NCBI RefSeq assembly: GCF_006345805.1
Contig: NC_043004.1
Coordinates: forward strand, 21,762,001-21,826,000
Direction: 5' to 3'
Length of the DNA stretch: 64,000 bases
From: Octopus sinensis
Taxonomy: Eukaryota
Shown: in pieces, positions 1-13,240 of the stretch
Layout: every line of letters begins with the position of its first letter
How positions within the stretch are numbered: position 1 is the stretch's first letter
Notes under the pieces: model-generated
Databases searched by the model: none
What the model was told of the DNA's origin: nothing
What the model saw: only the letters and a program-made list of their open reading frames with translations
Position numbers and translations under genes: made by a program

Positions 1-1126
1 GAGTACAAACGACAGAGAGAATTAAAGGGGAGGAAGTAAGGTGTTATACGCCCAAAAACTGTTTCTGAGGACCCGAAGACCCATCATAATATTGGTACAT
101 GTAGCTCACCAAAATATGCAGCCAGTAAATAATAATCAGATAAATCGTGCCTCCATCATCAGGATAGAAGAAATTCTTACATTTTTGTACACCAAACCCG
201 GTTTGTTATAATTTATTTGTTTATCTGCATAATTGTCTCCGTCTCCACTAACTTGGATTCCTGTTACAGTCACTCTTCACCCCGCGAAATTGGTCACTCG
301 CAAAAGAATTCAGAGTCTAAGTTCGATCATTTTAACCCCAGAAAATGCTTTCTATACCGAGAATCACTGGATCTCATCTTGACTATACATATATATATAT
401 ACAAATGTATGTATATATACACAAATATATGTATGTATACAAACACAAATATATGTATGTATGTATGAATGTATGTATGTATACCAACGTACATACTGAG
501 GACTTACTTCCAACGATGACTGAAATAGTGAAAAAACAATTTAAATTATCTGGCTTCCAATTTTCTTTCACAAAAATGGTGAAATCACATTTTTATTGTC
601 CATTCGGTGATTTACTTATTAGCACCAATGAGCACGTTATTGGAAGCAATATTTCTTTACCAGAGTGTAGCACCTTTACCTATGTCTTTTAAACAACTGA
701 TTTTTATCAGGAAAAGTATTTACTTACTCTAACGAAGCTGAAAATGTAAATGTTATATTTTTTTCTGTATAATTCTCATTAACTTTTTATGGACATTTTA
801 AGTTACTGAGTTAGCAACATCAAATACATCGCGAATAAAAGAATCTTAGACATTATTAGTTAAAAATGGAAATGCTATCAGCAGAAATCTCCATGATAAA
901 CTGTAATAAAGATACAGACAGACAGTTTCTGAAATAACTGCTATTATAAGGCAATATATCAACCAGCACTGCTTTATCGAATTCGCTTACATTTAATTAA
1001 ATCCAGTGAATCATTACATTTTTAGCATACTCACACTAATGGATACACACAAGTGCATGTATACACACGAACACACACATATACATGCATACATACATAC
1101 GTATAGACATACATATTCACACACGC

Positions 1127-1192
<66 letters not shown>

Positions 1193-1894
1193 ATTTATGT
1201 ATATATCTGTGTTTGTGTTTCTCTGTGTTTCTAACAAATGCGCTTCTATGCTTAATTCGGTGTACAATCGATTTTAAGTGCATCTCATCAAATTAATACA
1301 TACCTGAATGAATCTATTCTTTATTTTGCAAATTCAGTGTTTGCTTTTTAATTTATCTTTTTAAAATTCAATTCCTCCAACTTGAAATCGATAAAATCAT
1401 TATTTTGTTCTTCAATCATACATGTTTTGAAATTATAGCTTTATGTTTATAAATGTGAATAAAATATGTAAATCAAAGTTCCCTACTAATAAGGTTAGAG
1501 GACGTTTCTCTAGTTATTGTATCCACTGGACTTCAGAACAGTAAAATTACAAAGTATCTAACAAAAAATAATAAAAATAAAGAAAGCGATAAATAAATTA
1601 TGCAAAACTGTTCTTCAAAAGAAATTTGGAAAATCGAATTTTCATAAAGTTTTCTGTCTTTTTATTATATTCATCATCCCTGTCCCATATCTGGGTGCAG
1701 TATTCCATTGTGCTTTTGATTTATAACAGCTGTCGGTATTTTCCTGCTCTGTGCAGGGAAAGCGGCTTTTTTGTCTGGTATACTGAATAAGTGCCTTCAC
1801 CAAATCAAATTTTTAGTGGTACCAATACCTGACATTCGATATGGTCTTCATGAGAATTATTGTTGAGTAAAGGTGTAGGGAGATAAAAAAAATA

Positions 1895-2125
1895 TTTACT
1901 TGTTTCAGTCATTTGAGTGCAGCTATGCTGGGGTACAACTTTGAAGAATTTTTAGTCGAATGTATCGACCCAAGTACTTATTTTTTTAAATAACCCTGGT
2001 ACTTATTCTATCGGTCTTTTGCCGAACCGCTATGTTACAGGGCCGTAAACGCACCAGCACCGGTTGTCAAACGGTGGAGGGGACAAATACAAACGCAAAG
2101 ACACATACACACACACACACACTCA

Positions 2126-2187
<62 letters not shown>

Positions 2188-2352
2188 CGACGGGCTTCTT
2201 ACAGTATCCACCTACCATATCCACTCACAAGGCTTTAATCTGCCCAAGGCTATAGTAGAAGACACCTTCCCAATGTGCGACGCAGCAGGACTGAACCCGG
2301 GACAATGTAGCTGAGAAACAAGCCTCTTACCACATAGCCACACCTGCGCCTA
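1895..2352 (-). mobile_element. tRNA-headed SINE family A with CORE-like block and internal microsatellite
   Basis: Minus strand begins GGCGCAGGTGTGGCTATGTGGTAAG (A-box-like), then GGGTTCAGTCC (B-box-like), TTGGGAAGGTGTCTTCTACTATAG, (TA)n(TG)n and a conserved tail. Homologous to 40681 and 58085. Confidence 0.85.
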
Positions 2353-2384
2353 ATGATTGAGTTTTCTTGATATGTGAAACGTAA

Positions 2385-2402
2385 AGACACACACACACAT
2401 AC

Positions 2403-2456
<54 letters not shown>

Positions 2457-2520
2457 GACGGGATTCTTACAGTTTCCGCCCACCAAATCTACTCACAAGG
2501 ATGTAATCGGCCCAAGGTTA
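2385..2520 (-). mobile_element. SINE family A partial copy
   Basis: Repeats ACGACGGG..CTTACAGT..CC.CC.ACCA.ATC.ACTCACAAGG of the adjacent copy. Confidence 0.7.
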
Positions 2521-3053
2521 AGGGAAACAAAATTCACATTACCCGTACTAGGGGATTTTTGGGGACCACTGTTCGCAGGATTAATGCTGATTTAACGCCA
2601 TGGCGCTTGGTTGTGGAATGCTTAGATGTAACGAAGTGTGTAGTTAACGAAATTTTGAGTTTACGGAAAATATGTCATTGATGTGTAGGAGTAGTCGCTT
2701 GCTGAGAAAAAAATTAATCTTGCACACCAGAATTGATAGTGTATGAGTCAGGAAGAGCTCTGAAAATACACACCGCGGGAATATAAGTCAAGAGAAAGAT
2801 CAAAGAGTCTAGAGACTAATGGACAAGTGATTCATGCGCCAGACACGGTTGAAAGTTTTACTGATGACGGGGACAAGTCTATTCCCATAGAATTTCTCAA
2901 CGGGAATGTCTATGGGTGAGTAACTCATGATTGTATGCTGCCAGTGGATCTGACCCTAAAATGTCTCCACTATAATAGTGAATGTATTGTTGATTGTGAA
3001 GGTATTAGTGGAGTGTTTATGAATATGTTTATATTATATATTATATATATATA

Positions 3054-4099
3054 CACACACATGTTAGAAGTAAATAAATACCCCATAAAACATCGTTTTC
3101 TGTTTATTCTAACTTGTAAAGGTTTATATTTCGTATTAATTGACATTTTAAAGTTTCAGATTCTATATGTGACTGTTTAATCATGCCATGTAAAAAAGAA
3201 CCGTTGGAACTGTCTGAAGTTCAAAGAGGACGTATTGTGGATCATTTTGAAGCTGGATATAGTCAGCGTAAAATCGCAGAAAACCTTGGGATCCCGCGTT
3301 CTACAGTTAATAGAGTGATTGTGCAATTCACCGGACAGAGTAAGGAGTTCACATCACATTGTCCAGATCAATCAGAGCCCTCTGACAGGACCCTTCTCAT
3401 TGCTAAGAGAAGTGTGGAGGATAATCCTCGTTGCAAGACCTCTGACATAGCAGAGCAAGTTGATGTCAGTCCTAGAACAACTGTCAGGTATCTCCACAAA
3501 CTTGGTTACTATGGCAGAGCAGGAAGAAGGAAGCCACATATTTGACCAGCCAATAGGAAGCAGAGAAAAGATTGGGCCAGTGTGATGGTGGAGAGGCCAT
3601 TAACATTTTGGGACAATGTCATATTCTCTGATGAGTCCAGATTTGCTGTATTTCCTAACAGTGGTCGAGTGTGGGTCTGGAGATTGTGATCAAGAATTTG
3701 ATGTGAAAAGATTGCAACCAGCAATGAAACACAGCAGCTATTCTGTGATGGTCTGGGGAATAATTTGGAGCAATTTTTTTATCAGAGCGTGTGGAGTGTG
3801 AGGGAAAGATAAGCTCAAATAAATATGTGTCCATGTTGCGGAAAGGACTCCTTCCAAACTTCTCCAGTGGTGAAATGATTAAAGAAGGCTCTCTATATAT
3901 GGAAGATGGGATTTCTTGTCCACAAGAGAATATTCACCGTCTGATCAGTAACATGCCTAATAGGCCCTTGCATTGAAAATGTAAAGAGCATGTCTACTAA
4001 ATATTCATATTATAACAACTAACAATGTTGAATGTATAATTTCAGATGTAAATACATTTTAATGATTATAAGGGTGTCTATTTACTTCTTTCATGCATA
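3054..4099 (+). mobile_element. Tc1-like DNA transposon, internally deleted and frameshifted
   Basis: ORF 3183-3545 has the paired HTH (GYSQRKIAENLGIPRSTVNRVI) and RRKP. Downstream frames give WDNVIFSDESRF, VMVWG and YMEDG; the third catalytic residue region is missing. Imperfect TIRs: CATGTTAGAAGTAAATAAATACCCC (3060) vs reverse complement of 4071-4095. Confidence 0.9.
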
Positions 4100-4509
4100 T
4101 AAACTTAATCTTATTGTATTGCATCGTAAATATTGGTAAAAATATGTATGTATGTATGAATATCACAATATTTATTTCCGAACATATGGTGCCTAATAGT
4201 TTATGATATTTATGGCTGCATTCAATGTAATATATTACGAGCAAATGTAATAATCATTCCTTAAGCATTGAAGACAGTAGCCAACTATAATTATTCACAG
4301 AAACTAAGTAAAGATGTTATCATATTGTAGTTGTGCAAGAATTTCGGTTACTGATATTACTCTGATATATTATCAGACCATGTAGAGTCTCGAAATTATT
4401 TGTTCTCAAAAGAATTCCATAAAACTCGCATTTCGTTCTTATATTTACCGGTATAATATAAATAATATTTTTAAATATAAAATAAGGCATGAAATTTTTG
4501 AAGAAGGGG

Positions 4510-4672
4510 ATAGACAATTAATTCGACCTCAGTGCTTAATTGGTACTTTTTTTCTTCAAGCCCCAAAAGAAAAAACACAATGTCTGTCTACCTCAGCACT
4601 ATTTGAACACAGAACGAGGATATGGACGAAATTCCACTAAGCATTTTGCCCGGCGTCCTAACGATTCTACTA
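4510..4672 (-). mobile_element. SINE family B, degenerate
   Basis: Minus strand AGAATCGTTAGGACGCCGGGCAAAATGCTTAG...GTTCAAAT matches the family head at 29442 and 30500-30697. Confidence 0.65.
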
Positions 4673-6199
4673 AATCGACAGTAGCCATTAAACTACTTAT
4701 ACTATTATGAAACAAAGTGAAATGACTTCAAAATATCTAATGCATAAAAATCAACCGTGTAGATGAAATATGTAGCATATGTATTGGTAACTAGACTTTT
4801 GTAAATAGGTAATCATAGAAATACAATACTGAATGTGGATAGTTATGTTGAAAAATTCCGGAATCTGAACAACAGAATTGTTAAACACCCCCTTACTTTA
4901 CATTAGATTCGGCTTGTATTAACTTGTACTTTCGATTAACATATATGACAAATCTTAATATATATAGAAAATATTATTACCATTACAGCATTTTCTATTT
5001 CCAATCTAAACTACTGAGATTTCAATTCCTCAGTTTCTTTTATTCTCCCTTGTAACATTTCAGTTTGGTTAAATTATCCGTTCTGATTGTTTGTTTAAAC
5101 ATTATGCAATGCTCACCTTCTCGGTATGGATTGTGGGTTTAGTGATTTAAATATTCCGTGCTTGCAAGATTAAATGTCTAACTGTAAACTTGGTTTGTAA
5201 TAGTAAATGAGGAGATGCGTTACACATGCATTTACAGCTCTTGTTAACGTTAGAATTAGAAATGAGAATCTGATGAGATTTTAATTTAAACAACTCACAA
5301 GCTGAACTGATCAATTTATAGATAACTACTTCTCATTCGTGAAAAAAACAATTAATAAAAGTATTTAAATGAAGAAAATTGCCTTCAACCAGTTATGTGA
5401 AAGTTTCCTGCATGTATAGCTACCTACAGAAAGTTTTTGTTTTAATTTTTGTTTTATAAATGAGTGTATGAATATAAAATAGTCTACAAATAATTTCCAT
5501 AGTTACTAGCAAAACAATCCTATTACGATGCAAGAATTAGTCATGGATATATTTCGCTGTGCCATTAACTGCAAAGTAATAATCAGTTAGTCATTAACGT
5601 CACATCAATATATCATTTATTGAAGAGTTGTTATAAATAGAAGTGAGATTGCTAAGTAAGTTCTTCGACTGAGAAGTATATCAGTGAGATAGTAAGAGGA
5701 AAAATACTTTAGACAAAGCATTTATTGTATCATTTATATCTACAAATAAAAACATAAGAAATAATCATTAAGGACAACTAATTATTCTAGACAATCAAGG
5801 TTCCAGATTAGTTGCGATTGCCTGCATACACAGTTCACATCCCAACAATTTCAAATTTGCTTTTCATCGATTTGGTGTGGATAAATTAAGTAGCAGCGTA
5901 ATACTGGATTCAGTTCTTTTATAGTTTTCACTCTGTTGCTTCCGTGATCGAAACGTTCAGCTTTATCACATTGTGTCACAGAGATACAGCCTGAGAATTA
6001 TATTAAGGGTAGATTTTCCTGTGGAATATTCAGCCACATATGCGATTATTTTAGGAGTTAAAATACAGTTGTACGGAAACCTGAATGTTGATTGTCGGGA
6101 ACGACGGAAAGTCCATTTCCAGTTCTTTCGTCTTCGGCAACGCAGCGTATCATTATTTTGCTCCGTTGGATCACTCTCCAGACACTGTTAACGAGTCCA

Positions 6200-6365
6200 A
6201 CAATGTAACTTATATACTGTCATCAGATATGCCATAAGCAGCAGCGAAATATTGTTGAATCATTCACTATCTAAAAAAGAGGAATGACACATTTAAGAAT
6301 GTAGCAAAAAAGAATCGGTGTGTGGAAACAAAAAAGGAATGGTCAGAATTTATGCTAAACAACAA
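6200..6365 (+). mobile_element. Old SINE/LINE tail family D, degenerate
   Basis: Similar to copies at 8900-9470 and 49175-49365; ends in CTAAACAACAA. Confidence 0.4.
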
Positions 6366-6649
6366 TTACGACCAACCACGTTACCATTTAATACACCCAC
6401 ACACATAAACATACACACATGCATGCATACATGCATGCATACATGCATGCATACATAAATACATACATACATACATACATATGCATGTGTGCTTGAAAAG
6501 ATTAATTGATTGCGCGCGCAGACTACGAAAAAGACATCTCAAAAACGGTTAGTAATTTCCTGATAAAAGATTTTATATCATTTAAAAAATTACTTTAAAA
6601 AAAACACCTTTACACTTTAAAACTGTATTAAGTAGTTCTCATAGACTTT

Positions 6650-6689
<40 letters not shown>

Positions 6690-6690
<1 letters not shown>

Positions 6691-6830
6691 CTATAAAAGA
6701 GAGTTTGTATGTGTGTGTGCGTATGTTCCTAATGCATTCCAAAATCGAGTTGCCGATTTTGACCTAAGAGATATCAAAAAAATCCGGTAACCTTTTGGTT
6801 ACCAACTTAAACTATATTTTCATTCACACA
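6690..6830 (+). mobile_element. Possible non-autonomous Helitron 5-prime fragment
   Basis: CTATAAAAG..(GT)n..CCGATTTTGAC layout resembles the 5-prime part of the Helitrons at 48205 and 49922. Confidence 0.3.
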
Positions 6831-7524
6831 TTTGCATTACAAAAGTTTAACGTTATTATTTTTCTTTTAGTTTCCTATCGTAAACGACATTTTATATCAA
6901 TGACAATGACCTCACAATTTCTATATGAGTGTGTTAGCACGTTCGTTACTTACGCCAGGCCGATGACTGACACGTATGTGTGTGTGACGGTGTATGTGTC
7001 TGTCAGAACACATACATTTTTGTGATGACTGACACACACACATCTAAAGAGAGAGACAGACACACACACAAGTACAGAGTAGGATTCAGGTGTGTGTTAA
7101 TGTACGAGTGTGTCTCTTAGTTTATATATGTAACTCTACCCCCACCAATAGGGAATCGTGCCGATACAGAAAGTTTACTTGCGATCTGGACTTCGAACAA
7201 GCAATAACGTTCACTTTCAAGTACTTCCAACATGAAGATTTGGCTGATTTAACACCACTCACAATACTCGCAAATATATCTGAAAAACATATTGTTCTGG
7301 TTATTATAACAAATTGAGAAACTTGATGAAGTAGAAAGCCTCAGCAGCTCTTTCAATATAACTACAGAAGTGTTATTCCACTCCTATCGACCGCACGGTC
7401 CTGATTTTCTGATCTCTGATTTCTACCCCTCTATAGTCCTTCAGGACAATTTTTCATTTTTCCTTCGTGTTACACATTTTTGTCTTGTCTTGCAGCCCCA
7501 AGGGTTTTTTGCTGTATATGTATC

Positions 7525-7830
7525 ATCACGTGCCACGTGACCGACCAGTCCATCAGATGTAATTACACATCGCTGGTCACAATGCGTTCGCATTGTTTTA
7601 GCCTTCGAATGACGCCATCCCGCAGGCTAAGCGAGCAGGCCAACAGAAGAAAGAGTGGGAGAAAGAGTGGTGAAAGAGTACAGCAGGGATCACCACCCCC
7701 TGCCGGAGCCTCGTGGAGCTTTTAGGTGTTTTCGCTCAATAAACACTCACAAGGCCCGGTCTGGGAATCGAGACAACGATCCTACGACCGCGAGTCCGCT
7801 GCCCTAACCACTTGGCCATTGCGCCTCCAC
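7525..7830 (-). mobile_element. SINE family C (tRNA-Arg-like head, octopus OR-type), tail variant 1
   Basis: Minus strand GTGGAGGCGCAATGGCCAAGTGGTTAGGGCAGCGGACTCGCGGTCG...TCGATTCCC head, nearly identical to 40080-40266; tail ends in CACGTG repeats. Confidence 0.85.
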
Positions 7831-8227
7831 GTATATGTATCATAATCACTTTAATTGTTGCCTTCGTGTGGCTCTAAGCCTTTATTGTTTATTGTTTTGT
7901 CCTTCGTCCGTCTACTAACGGAGAAGCCCGTCTCGTTTTGTTATGTTTTGGTCCCATTCCCGGCAAGTTTCTTGCCGGTGCCTCCAGAGCGGAACCAATA
8001 TTATCCATAATGACCGAAATTGCGCTTGATCCTAAAGCCGATAACTGAAGAGGTGTTGTGACATCTGTGTTTTCCGTTCGTCTGTGTATTTAGTATAGGT
8101 TCGCATGGTTATTTACTACACGTTTTTTTTTAAAGTTATGTACATATACAAGTATGTCATATTTTCTGTTTGTTGTCTTTTTATTTAATCCTGAAAATAT
8201 TATTCACGTAACGCACGCAATTATTTT

Positions 8228-8270
<43 letters not shown>

Positions 8271-8276
8271 TATATC

Positions 8277-8522
8277 GTGGCACTCCGTCGGTTACGACGA
8301 TGAGGGTTCCAGTTGATTCGATCGACGAAACAGCCTGCTCGTGAAATTAACGTGTAAGTGGTTGAGCACTACACAGACAGGTGACGCTTAACGTATTCTC
8401 GGGGAGATTCAGTGTGTGACAAGACTGGCCCTTTTGAAATACAGGTAAAACAGAAACAGGAAGGAGTGAGAGAAATGTGTAGTGAAAGAGTACAGCAGAG
8501 TTGACCACCATCCCCTGTCGGA
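8277..8522 (-). mobile_element. SINE family C tail variant 2, 5-prime truncated
   Basis: Matches 39881-40140 (GCACTCCGTCGGTTACGACGA..CAGCCTGCTCGTGAAATTAACGTGTAAGTGG). Confidence 0.85.
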
Positions 8523-8561
8523 ACTACTCCTTTTTTTGAATTTTCTATCACGGATCAGCAC

Positions 8562-8619
<58 letters not shown>

Positions 8620-8899
8620 TATACATACGCACAAATACAGACAGACAGACACATACACATGTATATATATCTGTGGGGTACATATAATTTAAGGGGAAAT
8701 TTGAAATTTGAATGACATTTTGAGCTTACTGTTAGCGGGTCAAACAATCTCGGAGAGTTAGCAGTAAGCAGAACGTGATCTAGATTGCCTGCGCTACACA
8801 TCACAATGATAAATACTTCTTGCTGTCGCTCGGAGTCTGGTCCTTAGCTAAGTGAAGCTATGATATATTTAAACCAGAGATACATGCTTCTTACCTCGT

Positions 8900-9470
8900 G
8901 GAGTGGCCTGTTAGAAATAGCTGGCAAGTCTTTTCTAGATTACACTCCACTTCTTTAGAAAGATTATGTGATCCTGGGTTCCTAGCGCATATGATGATTG
9001 AGAGTTGGTCGCCGCTAGGATCATTTTATTCTTGAATGTTCCTTTATCTAGACTGACTTAGCTAGCGCTAAATAATGACAGTAGCAAGAGCAACAACAAA
9101 GAGTGGTCTATACGTGGTAGCTCAATATGCAAGAAGTAACAGCACAATCATCCTGAAATTTCAACGTCATCTTTTGGAGAGATGAGTGTAAAATTATATA
9201 AAGCAAAGACAGCGGACACAACGCGTTGATACACCAAACAGATAATATATAGTATCACACGACAAAAGAAAAGACGGTAAGAAGGACAAGCACACGTCTT
9301 CAGGAGAGAATAAGAACATTTCTATTATATGTTATCATCCTGAAATGACAGCCTACCATTCTAAAAAGAGAAATACATTGGATAATGATGCTCTAGATAT
9401 TTAAGGCCGGGTGAAGGAGGACTTAGTCAATATCCACAATGTCTGTCAGATCGGAACTGACATCAACATG
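8900..9470 (+). mobile_element. Tandem degenerate copies of tail family D
   Basis: Three decayed units sharing AGAAATAGC..., ACATTGGATAATG..CTAGATAT and CAACAACAA ends. Confidence 0.4.
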
Positions 9471-9829
9471 CTGTATACATCAACATACAGTATACATCAA
9501 CGTTAAAATCGAGATTAACTACAATAAAATGAAAAAGAAAGCTATCACTAGGAATGATAACAACAAGAATAATACCAACAACAAATAACAACACTAAATA
9601 AATATAAGAAAATTTGAGTGTCAGATATTCATTAGACTAGTTGTAAAACCCTGGTTGCTTCTGTTTAGTTAATTCGAATAACTTCAGGAAAGAATATTCT
9701 ACAATAAAAGGAATCGAAGATTCTCACTATTAATTAGCATAACGACGTATGTGAATTGACTTGAAGTATTTTACTGTTTTTCACCTCACAGCTTCTTTCT
9801 ATGTATACTTGCCTATTCGTGTCTGTCTC

Positions 9830-9872
9830 TCTCTATATATATTTGTGCACATATATATATATAATATATATA

Positions 9873-9908
<36 letters not shown>

Positions 9909-9979
9909 TATGTATATTTTGTGCATCATCATCATCATCATCATCGTTTAACGTCCGTTTTCCGCGCTAGCACGGGTTG

Positions 9980-10053
<74 letters not shown>

Positions 10054-10077
10054 GTATGTATATGTATATATTTGTGC

Positions 10078-10137
<60 letters not shown>

Positions 10138-10350
10138 ATATGTATGTATGTATATATGTATGCGTGTGTGTGTATACATGCGTGCATGTATGTATACATG
10201 AATGTATGTTTATATGTATGTGTGTATAAATATGTATAAGCAAACAGATGTGTGTATACATGCATATGTACATGTGTGTGCATGAGTGAATTTGTGTGTG
10301 TGTGTGTCTGTGCGTGTACATAAGTTCGTGCGCACACACACATACATACA
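9830..10350. repeat. Compound (TA)n/(TATG)n/(TG)n microsatellite
   Basis: Directly visible; generates the YIYI ORFs. Confidence 0.95.
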
Positions 10351-10916
10351 CGCCAAAAGACACACAAATCTATGATAAGAGCATGATGACAAAGAACATT
10401 TCTACATAAAAATAAATCTCCCAATAAGGCAATTGGAATGAAAATTTAGTATTAGTTCACGAAAGAAAACCTATTGAACAGCAATTAATTACTTAAGCAT
10501 GAAAATTGGTTTTAAGCTTGAATAATCTCAAATTAAGAGAATCGAATTTGTTCCGGGAGTAAAAAAATAATTGGTCTATCTGTTGAGCAATAAGGGAAAT
10601 GATGCTTGCTTTAATTCTTACAAATATATAGTATTGGCCAATTGATAAAATTCTAGCTTTGCTTTAAATATGTTCGATTAAAGTTGGCTTCGTTAACTGA
10701 CTGGTATTTATTATATCGACCTCTTTAATATGACTCCATGAGATTTGAACCCTCAACATGAGACTAGAGAAACAGGCAATAACTGATGAATGGTCGTTCT
10801 TTATGTCGTGTGTTTTGTTTTCCATTTGTGTATTTTGTTGTTCGAAAGAATATTTCATGTACTTGTGCTTCGTACTTTTTTGTTGTACCCGTTACATGAC
10901 GTCTTGTGCCCACATA

Positions 10917-10970
<54 letters not shown>

Positions 10971-11005
10971 AGATGTAAGTATGTAATATACGTATGTACA
11001 TATTC

Positions 11006-11088
<83 letters not shown>

Positions 11089-12260
11089 ATGATGTGTTTT
11101 ACGGGTTTTTCTCAATATGTTTATTCATAAGTGTGTATAAAATGAATTAACTTGCACAAGCAATGCACATACGTTAGTGTTTCAATTCAATCAAGGCGTA
11201 TATTTAAGTACATGTGTACGGTTAACCTTTCTTCAGAACTTAAATTAATATGAGCTGCTGTACATAGACAAATATCAGTACATAAAATCTGATAACTCCG
11301 GGACATTCTCTCTTACCACTTTAACACAATTTTCTTTACAAATATTTGTGTTTCTTCATATTCGAGATATATATTCATAAAGAGCTAAGATTGGTAAATA
11401 TCAAGATCTCATTTATTCCAGCCATATGTTTCCTGTATGTAAATCAGATTACTTGGCGTTTAAACTCATAACTGATTGGAACTGAATATTAGTGAAAATA
11501 TTTACATATGTCACAACGTTGCCGAAATATATTCCAAATTTCGAATATTTAGCATTTTATTTACATTTGCATTCATCTTGGCAAAACTTGAAGAAGTTTC
11601 TACGTACAGCCTGGCGTGCATAATCAATTTAAAGCGAAATATCAGAGAAACTTATTCTATAGTGGCGAGAAAGGGTTCTGATCAGTTGCTGCTTTGCCAC
11701 ATGTGCTTTTTTATGTCACTTTACTACTCTTTTGTCAATCATTTTAGCTTTTTCTTTTCATCATGTGATAGATAAAACATTTTTCCGTTTTATTCGTATG
11801 TCAAATCAATTCATCATTACTGTTAGTATAATTATTATATTTTAAATTATGAAAATATTTATAACTGAAGGCAGCTATAAAACTGTGTTTAAAAGATTCT
11901 GATGATATTCTACATTGGCAAGCAATATACGGTGAACTACTTCAGTTATTGAAAACATTTCTCATTTGAAGAGAGGGCTTTGATCCATCAAATTTTTCTT
12001 CTGACTCCAGACATAAGAATTATCCAAACTTATGGATTGCTTCGTTGTATGTTGTAGTTTATCATATTTGAGGTCTACTGCTTCTGTTTGAAAATTTATA
12101 AATTCTGCGTTGAAATTAACCAATCGTATCCAGCCAACTTTAATATTCTAATTGACTTGTCAGCCACGTAACAACACTTACGTTGATTAAATTACATTCG
12201 ACATATTCAAATACTTCTTCACTCATGGAATCGTGGCTGCTTATATAACCAACAGAGATG

Positions 12261-12262
<2 letters not shown>

Positions 12263-12329
<67 letters not shown>
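12263..12329. repeat. (TTA)n microsatellite
   Basis: Directly visible. Confidence 0.95.
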
Positions 12330-12374
12330 GGTGTTGTTGTTATTGTTATTATTTTAATCATCATAATCATAAGA

Positions 12375-12565
12375 ATCTCAGCTTATTTCTCTGAGTATGG
12401 TGGAACGTGTCAGGTGTATACAGCCATCAGACTAAGGTTACCATTATTTACTCATCAAGAACCTTGCAGTGTACCCTGGCAGTTCCAAGTAATGTTTTTG
12501 TAGGTGTTCTATCCTTACATTCGTTCAAGTGTTTCCAAGCCTGCTTGGTTGTTGGGTACTGATTC
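12375..12565 (-). mobile_element. R4/Dong-clade LINE 3-prime end, degenerate
   Basis: Minus strand encodes IEHLQK..LLGTARV..KVL, the same C-terminal motif as 27057 (QKIVLTGTSHVLRRAL), and runs into (TAA)n. Confidence 0.6.
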
Positions 12566-12759
12566 ACTAACTATGTGCCACAATATTTCACCCTTCTCAC
12601 CATTCATTCTGCAATCACTCGTGATTGTAAACTCCACATCAATGGAAAGCAATAAAATGGTTGCATTTCCTCTCGATACAGCTTGCATGCATAATACCGT
12701 TAAGTAGCGAAAATTTTGTTAATTCGAATTGTATATGACAGTACGCTTGCTGTAAGACA

Positions 12760-13240
12760 TGAAGAATCGAATGCCTTTCAATGGGACCTGGTGGCAGAAG
12801 TGCAAAGTGAAAATAAAGTCACAAACCTTTGATTGACCGGGATGAATGTGCAGCTTTTCAGCAGTACTTTGTTCAAATGTTCATGGATGGTTTTCTATCG
12901 GAAATACATGTGAACATTATCGCCGACCTCGATGGTTTGCAACGAATTTCAACGGGGTTGGTGCAGTTCTGCGAAAGGCCGACAATAGCCGATGATTTGC
13001 AGGAAGCGTTGTTTAGTTGTATGGGGAAGTCATCAAGCCTGCATGGTCTGCACTATGTTCATATACCGGACTGATATTTTTGACTTCTTAGCAAATATTT
13101 ACTGCCAGAGTTATCAGAACAAGATAATTGCCTGTCCAGCAAGCTGTGGTTTAGCAGTGTAGTGGTGCTGTTGAGAAATTACCAGAACAAGGGTTACGAC
13201 TTGGATTATTTTAGATCCCTAGCTCTGCTGAATGCTTCCT
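12760..13240 (+). mobile_element. Tx1/L1-clade LINE ORF2 relic (RT N-terminal region)
   Basis: ORFs 12829 and 13162 give GKSSSLHGLHY (cf. GKSPGLDGLPY) and VVLLRNYQNKG..DYFRSLALLNA (cf. NFRPITLLN). Confidence 0.7.

Larger units (their letters stand above)
1680..2890 (-). mobile_element. Degenerate LINE reverse transcriptase relic (CR1/Jockey-group), interrupted by SINEs
   Basis: Manual minus-strand translation across frameshifts gives ISKTFNRVW (cf. DISKAFDRVW), YTINSGVQ (cf. SGVPQG), LLLHINDIF at ~2660-2880, and TMEYCTQIW (cf. LEYCSHIW) at ~1685-1715. Confidence 0.6.
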
